A DNA stretch of 64,000 nt, taken from Bacillota bacterium. Its GTDB lineage: Bacteria > Bacillota > Clostridia > Christensenellales > Aristaeellaceae. The stretch spans positions 13,277 through 77,276 of the forward strand of contig CAUJDI010000045.1 in the NCBI GenBank assembly GCA_963169565.1, written 5' to 3'. This document shows, piece after piece, positions 40,031-49,260 of the stretch (within the stretch, counting starts at the first letter, position 1; every line of letters begins with the position of its first letter). The notes beneath the pieces were generated by a model. That model was not told where the DNA came from. It did no database searches and worked only from the letters and a program-made list of their open reading frames with translations. A program made the position numbers and the translations under genes.

Positions 40031-41068
40031 ATGAACAACGACCACGTAGGCATTGCCGGGACCGGGATCTACCTGCCGGAGGGCAGGATGACAGCGCGGG
40101 AGATCGCTGAGGCGACCCTCGGCGTCTGGAGCGAGGCCGCGGTGCGGGATAAGCTGGGCATCAACCGGAAGACGATGCCCCTGGACCCATTGAGGGACGG
40201 CACGCAGGAGATGGGCGCGCTGGCCGCGCTGGACTGCCTGAAGAACACCGGCACAGATCCCGTGGATATCGACGTCGTCCTGTGCATCGGCGAGGAATGG
40301 AAAGAGTATCCCCTCACCACATCGGCGCTGTACATCCAGGACCGCATCGGCGCCGTTAACGCCTGGGGGATCGACGTGCAGAACCGCTGCTGCACCTGCG
40401 TCTCCGCCATGAAGATCGCAAAGGACATGCTGCTGGCGGACCCGGAGGTCAGCACCGTCCTGGTCGTGGGGGGCTACCGCAACGGCGACTTCCTTGACTA
40501 CACCGACAGGAACATGTCCATGATGTACAACCTCGGCGCGGGCGGCGGGGCAATACTGCTCCGGAAAAACCTCGGCAGAAACCTGCTGCTGGGCAGCCAA
40601 ATCCTGTCGGACGGCTCGCTCGCGCGCACGGCCGGCGTTCAGATCGGCGGCACGGCCGAACCTGTCACACACGAGAACCTGGAGGAGGCTCGCACCTCGC
40701 TGCGCCTGTTTGAGCCGGAGAAGATGAAAAACCGGCTCAATGAAGTCTCCGCAAAAAACTGGGTCACCTGCATCGAGAGGTCCCTGGCCAAGTCAAGCCT
40801 GCGGCTTTCAGACCTGGATTACCTGGCCATCCTGCACATCAAACGCTCTGGACATCTGGGCATGCTCAAGGACCTGGGCCTGAGCGAGGAACAGTCCGTC
40901 TACCTGGAGGACTATGGCCACATCGGCCAGATCGACCAGATCCTTTCCCTTCATCTGGCGCTGGAGCAGGGAAAGGTGAAGGACGGCTCAGTCATCTGCA
41001 TGCTGGCGGCCGGCATCGGCTACGTGTGGGCGGCGAACATCATCAAATGGGGGCAGGCAGCTGTATGA
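40031..41068 (+). CDS. KAS III (FabH)-like condensing-enzyme family protein with a non-canonical catalytic triad
   Basis: GTGIYLPE N-terminus and a FabH-like alignment throughout. Cys120 (IDVQNRCC), His269 (AILHIK), and His297 (YGHIGQ) where FabH has the Asn of HGNTSAAS. Confidence 0.75.
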   Translation: MNNDHVGIAGTGIYLPEGRMTAREIAEATLGVWSEAAVRDKLGINRKTMPLDPLRDGTQEMGALAALDCLKNTGTDPVDIDVVLCIGEEWKEYPLTTSALYIQDRIGAVNAWGIDVQNRCCTCVSAMKIAKDMLLADPEVSTVLVVGGYRNGDFLDYTDRNMSMMYNLGAGGGAILLRKNLGRNLLLGSQILSDGSLARTAGVQIGGTAEPVTHENLEEARTSLRLFEPEKMKNRLNEVSAKNWVTCIERSLAKSSLRLSDLDYLAILHIKRSGHLGMLKDLGLSEEQSVYLEDYGHIGQIDQILSLHLALEQGKVKDGSVICMLAAGIGYVWAANIIKWGQAAV

Positions 41069-41982
41069 CACTTCAGTCGTTTCTCCAGTCACTGGTCAAC
41101 GCCCTTCCCCTGATGGGGCGATATGCCCTGGTGACGATGGGCATCGTGCTGATCTTCCGGACGACGGCGACCACGAACTTCGCGCAGGGCCTGATCGGCA
41201 CGTTCGGCGCCTTTGTCGTCACCTGGGCCGCCCTTGAGTGGACTTCGCTGCCGCTGTGGATCGCGATCGTCCTGGGGATGCTCACAGGCTTCATTTTGGG
41301 GGCGGCTGTTGATATCGCGCTGATCCGGATGGCCAAGCGCATCACGCCCGCCGGAAAGCAGATGATCACGATGGGCATCATGATGATACTGGTCAACGTG
41401 GTTCCCAAGATCTTCAGCAGGATCGTCCTGAACAACCTCCCGGGAAAGAGCATCTCGACAAAGAACCTGGAATTCACCCTGTTCGGACAGAGCCTCTATA
41501 TCCCCATCAACGGGGTGTGGGCGTTCATCATTGCGGCGGTCATCCTGACCGCGGTATTCCTTGCTTTGAAGTTCACCAGGTGGGGCCTCGGAGTCCGCGC
41601 AACGGCCGCAAATGAGACCGTGGCACAGATGCTGGGCGTGAACACAAGACTGATCACCGCGTTCTCCTGGGGCCTGGCCGGAGCGCTCAGCGCCCTTGGC
41701 GGCTTCTTTACAGGATTCGGAACGGTGCTGAACGTCAACCTGATGGGAAACGTGCAGGTTTTCGCGTTCCTTGCCTGTGTTCTGGGCGGCTTTGGCAGTT
41801 TCCCCGCGCCGATTCTGGGTTCGGTCATCATTCCCCTCGTCTATGTGTTCGCCGGCAATCCGAACATCATGGGCAAGCAGGCAGGCATCTGGCAGAACCT
41901 CACGACCTTTGTCGTCGTCCTTCTCCTGATTCTGATCTTCCCGAACGGGATCCTTGGCAAAAAGCTCATCAAAAAGGTCTGA
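41065..41982 (+). CDS. LivH-type ABC permease
   Basis: 305 aa polytopic protein with ATTNFAQG (compare NFAHG). ATGA overlap with the KAS III-like gene. Confidence 0.85.
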   Translation: MTLQSFLQSLVNALPLMGRYALVTMGIVLIFRTTATTNFAQGLIGTFGAFVVTWAALEWTSLPLWIAIVLGMLTGFILGAAVDIALIRMAKRITPAGKQMITMGIMMILVNVVPKIFSRIVLNNLPGKSISTKNLEFTLFGQSLYIPINGVWAFIIAAVILTAVFLALKFTRWGLGVRATAANETVAQMLGVNTRLITAFSWGLAGALSALGGFFTGFGTVLNVNLMGNVQVFAFLACVLGGFGSFPAPILGSVIIPLVYVFAGNPNIMGKQAGIWQNLTTFVVVLLLILIFPNGILGKKLIKKV

Positions 41983-41995
41983 GGAGAGGAGCAAG

Positions 41996-44011
41996 ATGAA
42001 AACGCCCGGCAAGAAACGGTCCTTCATGCGCCATCCCTTCGCCGCATTCATCGGGCTTGGGATATTCCTGGCATTGTTTCAGATCATTGCCGTCATCACC
42101 GATGGAGAGTGGCCTAAATCCTTTGTTCTCAACGGCTTCGCGAACGTGATCATGTATGCGATCGTCGGCTACGGGTTTTCGTTCCTGATCGGATACGCAG
42201 GGCTGGCTTCCCTTGGAACAGCGGGCTTTGTCGGTTTCGGAGCATACTTTACCGCCTTCTTCCTGAAACAGGGAATGCCTGATATCCCATATTTTGTCGT
42301 GATCATCAGCGCGCTGACGGTGTCCGTTCTTCTGGGTTTGATCGTCGGCTTTATCTCATTGAGGATCGAAGGCATCTTTCTTGCCATCGTCACCCTCGGT
42401 ATCAGCGAAGTGTTCTACCAGCTGTTCAACAGCTGGATGGACGGTACCGGCGGACCCAACGGCGCGTCCATCAGGGTATATCCGATCTTTCAGAAAGTGT
42501 TCGGCATGAGCACGGGAGACGCCAAAAGCGCCATGTACCTCTTCCTTGTAGCCGCAATGGTCCTCCTGATGCTGCTGACGTACAACCTCGGAAGATCCAG
42601 GACAGGCCGGGCCATGCTGGCCATGAAGAACTCCAGCTCCGCCGCTCAGGCAATGGGGATCTCCCTGCTGAAATACCGTCTGCTGGCGTTTTTGCTGTCC
42701 ACGGCCTATGCCGTGTTCGCGGGCATCCTGTTTATGAGCTACAACCGCACAACACTGCCATACAACTACACCATCATGCTTTCACTGGAAATACTGGCCG
42801 TCGTGCTGATCGGCGGATCGCGGAGCCTGTTGGGCACCTTTATCGGCAGCTTCATCGTGTTCGGTTCCACGCCGATCCTCTTCCAGAACATCAAAGTGCT
42901 CAGTGACAACGCCTGGCTGATCAAGGTCATCATCGGCGCCATCATCATCCTGGTGGTCATGTTCTATCCGGGCGGCCTCGCGCAGCTTGCCGCGTCAGTC
43001 AGGAGCAGGCTGACCGCACGCCTTGGTCTCAGAAAGCCAGCCGGCGACACGCCGCAGGCTGGCTTGCTGGAAACCGCTGTCAGGACCGTCTCCGCAGACC
43101 CGGACAGGACAAAATCCGCAAAACGACGGGAGATCGCCGCGATGCTCAGCACTTCGCCGCCTGAAGCGCATTCACAGCCGATTGACCCGAAGCACGGAGG
43201 GTCCGGGGAATATGTTCTGCGCGTCAGTGACCTGAGCATGGTGTTCGGCGGTTTGAAGGCTGTGGACGGTTTAAGCTTTGATGTGATCAAAGGTGAGATC
43301 TTCGGCCTGATCGGCCCCAACGGAGCCGGAAAGACAACAGTGTTCAACTGCATCACCCAATTCTACAAGCCCACTTCCGGCAAACTGCTCTTCCGCACGG
43401 CGCAGGGCGAGGGCGTCGACCTCAATCATCTCCAGGTGCACAGGGTGATCACCAAAGGCATCGTCAGAACCTTCCAGAACGTGGAAGTGATCGGTGAATT
43501 GACCATCCTGGAAAACCTGCTGATCGCGGCGCACTCCCAGTACCGCAGCTCGCTGCTGGCCCAGGTATTGAATACAAGACACGTGCGCGCCGAAGAGGAA
43601 AAGATCCAGGAGCGCGCGAAGATGATCCTGGACTACTGTGATCTGCTCGCGGTCAAGGATGTCCCGCCGGTGGGACAGCCTTACGGCATCCTCAAGCGGA
43701 TCGAACTGGCCCGAACGCTGATGGCGGGAGCAAGCCTCATCATCCTGGATGAACCCGCCGCCGGGCTGAATGACCAGGAGACGCTTGAGCTGACACATCT
43801 GATCCGGGACATCCAGCGAGACTTCGGTATGACCATCTTCCTGGTCGAGCACAACATGGGTCTGGTGATGGACCTGTGCGACCACATCTGCGCCATTTCC
43901 TTCGGCAGGAAGCTCGCCTACGGAACGCCTGCGGAAATCCAGCGGGACAAGCGGGTTCAGGAAGCCTATCTTGGCACCAACGACACACGCGAACTGGAGG
44001 CCGTACGATGA
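41996..44011 (+). CDS. fused LivM-type permease / LivG-type ATPase
   Basis: A single 671 aa frame. The N-terminal part is a permease (GYAGLASLGTAGFVGFGAY). A ~70 aa Pro/Ser/Arg-rich linker follows. The C-terminal part is an ABC ATPase (GPNGAGKTT, LIILDEPAAGLN). Confidence 0.8.
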   Translation: MKTPGKKRSFMRHPFAAFIGLGIFLALFQIIAVITDGEWPKSFVLNGFANVIMYAIVGYGFSFLIGYAGLASLGTAGFVGFGAYFTAFFLKQGMPDIPYFVVIISALTVSVLLGLIVGFISLRIEGIFLAIVTLGISEVFYQLFNSWMDGTGGPNGASIRVYPIFQKVFGMSTGDAKSAMYLFLVAAMVLLMLLTYNLGRSRTGRAMLAMKNSSSAAQAMGISLLKYRLLAFLLSTAYAVFAGILFMSYNRTTLPYNYTIMLSLEILAVVLIGGSRSLLGTFIGSFIVFGSTPILFQNIKVLSDNAWLIKVIIGAIIILVVMFYPGGLAQLAASVRSRLTARLGLRKPAGDTPQAGLLETAVRTVSADPDRTKSAKRREIAAMLSTSPPEAHSQPIDPKHGGSGEYVLRVSDLSMVFGGLKAVDGLSFDVIKGEIFGLIGPNGAGKTTVFNCITQFYKPTSGKLLFRTAQGEGVDLNHLQVHRVITKGIVRTFQNVEVIGELTILENLLIAAHSQYRSSLLAQVLNTRHVRAEEEKIQERAKMILDYCDLLAVKDVPPVGQPYGILKRIELARTLMAGASLIILDEPAAGLNDQETLELTHLIRDIQRDFGMTIFLVEHNMGLVMDLCDHICAISFGRKLAYGTPAEIQRDKRVQEAYLGTNDTRELEAVR

Positions 44012-44751
44012 GCAGCGTGCTGGAAATAAGGGATCTGGTCGTTTCCTACGGCGCTGTCAAGGCGCTGCAAGGCATAGACCTGGATGTGGAAAAGGGAAGC
44101 ATCGTCGCTATCCTTGGTGCAAACGGCGCCGGCAAGTCAACCCTGCTGCGCACCATCTCCGGCGTGGTCAAGGCGAAATCAGGCAGCATCAAACTGAACC
44201 AGCGGTTTGAATTGCTGGGGATGTTCCCTTATAAGATCGCTGAACAGGGCGTCATCCAGTCGCCTGAAGGTCGTCTCATCCTGCAGGGCCTAACCACAGA
44301 GGAGAACCTCTTTGTCGGCAGCTACGGACTGAAAAGCGAACAGAACAAAAGAAGGAGCGCAAGGGTCCGGGAAAACCTGGACAGGGTTTACGCGCTGTTT
44401 CCGATCCTGTTTGAACGGCGCAGGCAACAGGCCAATACCCTTTCAGGCGGCGAGCAGCAGATGCTGGCCATCGGCAGGGCCCTGATGGCCAGCCCCAGCG
44501 TCCTGCTGCTGGATGAACCTTCCCTGGGCCTGGCGCCACTGATCATCCGGGATATCTTCAAAGTGATCCAACAGCTCAAGCAGGAGGGCAATACCATTCT
44601 GATCGTTGAGCAGAACGCGTTCCAGACGCTGAAGATCGCCGATTACGCGTATGTGCTGGAGCTTGGCCGCATTTCCATGCAGGGCCCGGCCCATGAGCTC
44701 ATCCACAACGAGTCCCTGGTGGAAGCCTATCTGGGCGGGCAGAAAGCCTGA
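44008..44751 (+). CDS. LivF-type ABC ATP-binding protein
   Basis: GANGAGKST, LSGGEQQMLAIGRAL, LLLLDEPSLGL. ATGA overlap with the fusion gene. Confidence 0.9.
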   Translation: MSSVLEIRDLVVSYGAVKALQGIDLDVEKGSIVAILGANGAGKSTLLRTISGVVKAKSGSIKLNQRFELLGMFPYKIAEQGVIQSPEGRLILQGLTTEENLFVGSYGLKSEQNKRRSARVRENLDRVYALFPILFERRRQQANTLSGGEQQMLAIGRALMASPSVLLLDEPSLGLAPLIIRDIFKVIQQLKQEGNTILIVEQNAFQTLKIADYAYVLELGRISMQGPAHELIHNESLVEAYLGGQKA

Positions 44752-44826
44752 ACTCAACTGGGTATTGAGCGCAGAAAAACCTGCGTTTGATAAATAAACT
44801 GAGGATAACCCTCAAGGAGAGACAAC

Positions 44827-46188
44827 ATGAAAAAGATCCTTTCCCTGGCACTGGTCCTTGCCATGCTTCTGTCGATGGCCTCCGTCGCATTGGCCGAAAC
44901 GGGCGTGGACACCACCTCCGTGGAAAAGGGAGGCGTCCAATTCAAGGGCACTGTCAAGATCGGCAACGTCATGGCCGAAACCGGCGCGGTTTCCGCGGTC
45001 GGCATTCCCTATGCCCAATTCTACAAGCTCTTTGTGAAGTACATCAACGAGGTCTGGGGCGGTGTCGCCAAGGACGCTGACGGCGTGGGCTACTACCTGG
45101 ACCACAAGACCTATGACGATGGTTTCAACGGCCAGGCCGGCCAGAACTTCATCAACCAGCTGATCAATGACGACAAGGTGTTCTCCATGGTCGGCAACCT
45201 GGGAACGTGGAACCTGATCGCTTCCCAGAATGACATCGTGGAGAGCGGCGTTCCTTCTGTGTACTGGGGCACCGGCGCGGATGCCCAGCGCTATGACAAG
45301 GCTGAGGGCAATGAACGCTTCACCTTCCCCGTACAGCCGGTTTACGGCAATGAAGGCCGCATCATGCTGCTGCGCGCCCTGAACATGCCCAAGATCCCTG
45401 ATTCAGGCGTAGAATCCGTCAAGAAGATCGGCGTGATCTACTCCGCGGACGACTCCGGCACCAACATCTACAAGGGCGCTGAAGCCCAGTATAACCTCCT
45501 GGAAGGCGAAAAACCCGAGATCGTCTATCAGATGGCCAATACGGCTTCCACGGATGAACTGGCAACCGCGGTGGCGGCGCTTGAGGGCTGTGACGTGGTG
45601 ATCATCGGCGGCCTTCAGTCCGTGTATCCCCCGATCTACACAGCCATGCAGCAGAATCCCAAGACCCGCGGCATCCCGGTCATCGTTTCCTACGTGAACG
45701 TCGCCCTGGCATACGTTCCTGTTGATTATGCCAACGAACCCGACGCGAGTGACATTTACGGCGGAGCCTGGGTCATTATCGATCCGGCCGCCCAGACGGA
45801 ACAGCAGAAAGCCGAACTGGCCGAGTTCACTTCCATCGTCAACTGGGGCCTTGAGAAAGGGTACATTCCCAAGGAGATGGCAGACGTACTCCTCGGTGCC
45901 GGCGCCGCTTACGCCATGAGCTCCTACATCGCCCTGAAAGTCTTCATGACAGGCCTTGACCGCATCGCGGCGGCCGGCAAGGAAATCACCCGTGAGGCCT
46001 TGCTGGAGGCGATGGAGTCCGAGCCGATCCATGTCCCGATCTCCAGCAGCGTTGACTACTCCAACGGCGCCCGTGTGGGCCTGGCCGGCATCGCGTTCGC
46101 GAAGTATGACAAGAACTATACCAACATCAACGCAGCGTTCGTCACGGTGGACAACCTCCGCTCCATTGAAGAGCTGCTGGGCAAGTAA
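44827..46188 (+). CDS. ABC substrate-binding protein, type 1 PBP (Liv-like) family, ligand unknown
   Basis: Signal peptide MKKILSLALVLAMLLSMASVALA, 453 aa. RBS AAGGAGAG. Confidence 0.8.
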   Translation: MKKILSLALVLAMLLSMASVALAETGVDTTSVEKGGVQFKGTVKIGNVMAETGAVSAVGIPYAQFYKLFVKYINEVWGGVAKDADGVGYYLDHKTYDDGFNGQAGQNFINQLINDDKVFSMVGNLGTWNLIASQNDIVESGVPSVYWGTGADAQRYDKAEGNERFTFPVQPVYGNEGRIMLLRALNMPKIPDSGVESVKKIGVIYSADDSGTNIYKGAEAQYNLLEGEKPEIVYQMANTASTDELATAVAALEGCDVVIIGGLQSVYPPIYTAMQQNPKTRGIPVIVSYVNVALAYVPVDYANEPDASDIYGGAWVIIDPAAQTEQQKAELAEFTSIVNWGLEKGYIPKEMADVLLGAGAAYAMSSYIALKVFMTGLDRIAAAGKEITREALLEAMESEPIHVPISSSVDYSNGARVGLAGIAFAKYDKNYTNINAAFVTVDNLRSIEELLGK

Positions 46189-46335
46189 GAGCCCCTGCTC
46201 AGCAACAGAAGGCGCACGTTCCCGGGGAGGGGTCTCCAGCGGATCCCTCCCCCCTTCCATCCTCAGCTTGTGTCAGGCACCGGCCGCACGAGGCCTGCCC
46301 GGCAGGTCAGATGATTAAGTCAAAGGGGAAACGCC

Positions 46336-47652
46336 ATGAATTATCAAGACAAGCTCATCACTGTCCAACAGGCGGTCGACCTTGTGAAGTCCAACGATTA
46401 CATCGTCACAGGCCTGGGCTGTTCCACAGCGGACGCGTTTTTCAACCACCTGCACACGGCTGCCGGCAGGCTTAAGGACGTTCTGATCTCCACCTGCCTG
46501 CCGATGCGGGACTACCCCTGCTTCAACGACCCCGTATACAAGGACAGCTTCCTGCATGACAGCTGGTTCTACAGTGCCGCCACCCGCAAGGCACACAAGA
46601 CAGGGAGTACGTCCTTTGTGCCCAACTGCCTCCACTTCGCTGCACACAAGCGCCTGGCGCACCGCAGACCCAACATTTACGTCGGCGCGGCTTCCATGCC
46701 GGACAGGCACGGCTACATCTCGCTGTCCTGTTCCAACACCTACGAAACGCACATGATCGAGGCGGCGGACATCACGATCCTGGAGATCAACCCGAATTAC
46801 CCGCGCACCTTCGGTGACGTCAACATCCATTACTCCCGGATTGACCACCTCATCCTGACAGAGTATGATCCTCCCGCGCTGCCGGATGTTCCGCCAAGCG
46901 TCAAGGACCGCGTCATCGGCGGATTGATCGCCCCCTACATCCATGACGGCGACTGCATCCAGCTGGGCATCGGCGTAATGCCCAACGCACTGGCAGAAGC
47001 CCTGATGGACAAGAAGGATCTGGGCATCCACACAGAGATGCTGACAACCAACATGATGAAACTGTACATGGCCGGCGCTGTCACCGGGCGCAGAAAGCAG
47101 ATCCAGAAGGGGAAAATGGTATGCACTTTCATCATGGGTTCCAAGGAACTGTATGAGTTCGCACATGACAACCCCGGGGTTGAAGTGATGGCGGGCAGCT
47201 ACGTCAATGACCCCTATGTCATCGCTCAGAACGACAACATGGTCTCCATCAACTCCACCATGGAGGTGGATCTGACGGGCCAGTGTGCCAGCGAATCATT
47301 GGGCTCGGTCCAGTTTTCCGGCACCGGGGGGCAGGCAGACACAGCCGTGGGCGCGCAGAACTCAAAGAACGGCCGCTCCTTCATCTGCCTGTATTCCACC
47401 GCCATGGTCAAAAACCCCCAGACCGGCGAGCGTGAGGAAGTCAGCAAGATCGTACCCCAGCTTAAACCGGGCGCCGCGGTCACCCTCTCGCGCAATGACG
47501 TCGACTATATCGTGACAGAATACGGCGTCGCCTGGCTGCGGGGCACCAGCATCCGGGAGCGCGTGGACCTGCTCATCGGCATCGCGCACCCGAAGTTCCG
47601 CGATGAACTGCGCCGCCAGGCGCTGGATATCGGGATCATCAGCCAGCGATGA
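46336..47652 (+). CDS. acetyl-CoA hydrolase/transferase family (4-hydroxybutyrate / butyryl-CoA:acetate CoA-transferase type)
   Basis: 438 aa. GIHTEML catalytic-Glu region and SGTGGQAD motif. Confidence 0.85.
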   Translation: MNYQDKLITVQQAVDLVKSNDYIVTGLGCSTADAFFNHLHTAAGRLKDVLISTCLPMRDYPCFNDPVYKDSFLHDSWFYSAATRKAHKTGSTSFVPNCLHFAAHKRLAHRRPNIYVGAASMPDRHGYISLSCSNTYETHMIEAADITILEINPNYPRTFGDVNIHYSRIDHLILTEYDPPALPDVPPSVKDRVIGGLIAPYIHDGDCIQLGIGVMPNALAEALMDKKDLGIHTEMLTTNMMKLYMAGAVTGRRKQIQKGKMVCTFIMGSKELYEFAHDNPGVEVMAGSYVNDPYVIAQNDNMVSINSTMEVDLTGQCASESLGSVQFSGTGGQADTAVGAQNSKNGRSFICLYSTAMVKNPQTGEREEVSKIVPQLKPGAAVTLSRNDVDYIVTEYGVAWLRGTSIRERVDLLIGIAHPKFRDELRRQALDIGIISQR

Positions 47653-48467
47653 GCAGCTTTGTTTTCAGGGGGAAAAGCGTTCATTACGAGCTCGTTGGCG
47701 AGGGCCGTCCCCTCCTGCTGCTCAACGGGATCATGATGTCCACCAGGTCATGGGCGCCCTTCCTGGAGGCCTTCCAAGCGGGCGGGAACAGGCTGATCCT
47801 GGTCGACCTGCTGGACCAGGGCGAGAGCGCTGCCATGGACGGGCCATTTGAGCAGCGCCTTCAGGCGGAGATGCTCAGGGAGCTGATGGATCATCTGCAG
47901 ATCCCGTCCACAGCGGTGTTCGGCACCAGCTACGGCGGCGAAGTCGCGCTGAACCTGGCGGTCGATTACCCGGAAAAAGTCAGCAGAATGGTCCTGGCCA
48001 ACACAGTGGCGAGAACCAGCGCCTGGCTCAAGGAGATCGGGGAAGCCTGGAACCTCGCCTCAAAGGATCCGATGGCCTATTACTCCACCACCATTCCCGT
48101 CATCTACAGCCCGGATTTCTATGACCGGCGGGCGGAGTGGATGGCCAAACGAAAGGAACTGCTGACGAAGACCGCCTTCGCCGACCCGGATTTTCTCGCG
48201 CGCATGGTCCGGCTGACGCGTTCGGCTGAGAGCCACGACGTACGGGAGCGCCTGGGCAGGATCGCTTGTCCGGTGCTCATCATCTCCTCTGACCAGGACC
48301 ACATCACCCCTTTGGAGGAGCAGGTCTTCCTCCGCGAAAACATCAGGGGCGCCGAACACGTGCTTCTGCCCAGAACAGGCCACGCCGCCTTTTATGAGCG
48401 GCCCGATCTCTTCGTCAGCGTCATGATGGGCTTCATCAACCACAGGGAGTCGATCCGCCTGCCCTGA
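47649..48467 (+). CDS. alpha/beta hydrolase
   Basis: 272 aa. Nucleophile elbow GTSYGG, then SSDQDHIT and TGHAAF. ATGA overlap with the CoA-transferase gene. Confidence 0.85.
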   Translation: MSSFVFRGKSVHYELVGEGRPLLLLNGIMMSTRSWAPFLEAFQAGGNRLILVDLLDQGESAAMDGPFEQRLQAEMLRELMDHLQIPSTAVFGTSYGGEVALNLAVDYPEKVSRMVLANTVARTSAWLKEIGEAWNLASKDPMAYYSTTIPVIYSPDFYDRRAEWMAKRKELLTKTAFADPDFLARMVRLTRSAESHDVRERLGRIACPVLIISSDQDHITPLEEQVFLRENIRGAEHVLLPRTGHAAFYERPDLFVSVMMGFINHRESIRLP

Positions 48468-48500
48468 GGGAGGCCAAAACAGCACCGAAAGGAACCTCTG

Positions 48501-49130
48501 ATGAACGAGCCAAAAACCACCCGGGGACAGAAGACGTTGAACCGCATCATCAAGGCGGCTGAAAACGAGTTCGGGAAGAAGGGCTATTACAACACCACCA
48601 TCAACGACCTCGCCGCGCGCGCCAAGGTCGCCCCCGGCACGATCTACATCTATTTCTCCGACAAATATTCCCTATACTGCCACCTGCTCAACCGCTACGG
48701 ACATGAGATCCGGAAGAAGATCGCAGAGGATACCGCGGGATGCGCCACAAGGCTGGACGCCGAACGGGCGGGCCTGCTGTCCTTTCTCAGGCAGGTGAAA
48801 AAACAGCCTTACATGTACCAGATCATCTGGGAATCCCTGTACATCAACCCCACGCTATTCGTTGAATACTATGAATCATTTGCCCTGCGCTACAAGACAA
48901 AACTGGACGAGTCGGCAGGGGAGATCACCCGGATGGACAACACCGTGCTGGCTTATATACTCATGGGCATCGTCAATTTCATCGGGCTGAAATATGTCTT
49001 TTTTGACAAGGGTGCGGATCTGGAAAAGGTGGCCGATCAGGCGATGGCATTTTACCGCTACGGCCTTTCCGGTTTGGGTCAGCCGGCCGAAGGCCCGGCC
49101 GGGGAGCAGCCGGGCGGCTCCGCTTGCTGA
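48501..49130 (+). CDS. TetR/AcrR family transcriptional regulator
   Basis: 209 aa. N-terminal HTH GYYNTTINDLAARAKVAPGTIYIYF. Confidence 0.9.
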   Translation: MNEPKTTRGQKTLNRIIKAAENEFGKKGYYNTTINDLAARAKVAPGTIYIYFSDKYSLYCHLLNRYGHEIRKKIAEDTAGCATRLDAERAGLLSFLRQVKKQPYMYQIIWESLYINPTLFVEYYESFALRYKTKLDESAGEITRMDNTVLAYILMGIVNFIGLKYVFFDKGADLEKVADQAMAFYRYGLSGLGQPAEGPAGEQPGGSAC

Positions 49131-49260
49131 TTTTCCGACCGAAGCAGGCGGCGCAAGGGGAATAATATGGTCAAAATCCCCTGAAAATCCTGCATTCTTT
49201 ACTTGCCAGGCACGCTATGATATACTTCCAGCGGAATTCCTCAGGAGGTTTTTTCGGCTG

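Noticed and set aside
46224-46252. GGGGAGGG...CCCTCCCC hairpin after the cluster's binding-protein gene, considered as a terminator.
   Set aside because: It is followed by CCTTCCATCC with no U-run. At most it is a processing or stability element, and it is not enough to split the cluster.
37987-49130. Reading the cluster as PHA synthesis (PhaA/PhaB), as OleABCD-type olefin or beta-lactone synthesis, or as type II fatty-acid synthesis.
   Set aside because: - There is no PhaC-size synthase; the hydrolase is only 272 aa.
- There is no OleC-type AMP ligase, and the KAS III-like protein lacks the OleA/FabH Asn.
- There is no ACP, FabD or FabZ.
- An embedded importer also argues for catabolism or salvage rather than biosynthesis.
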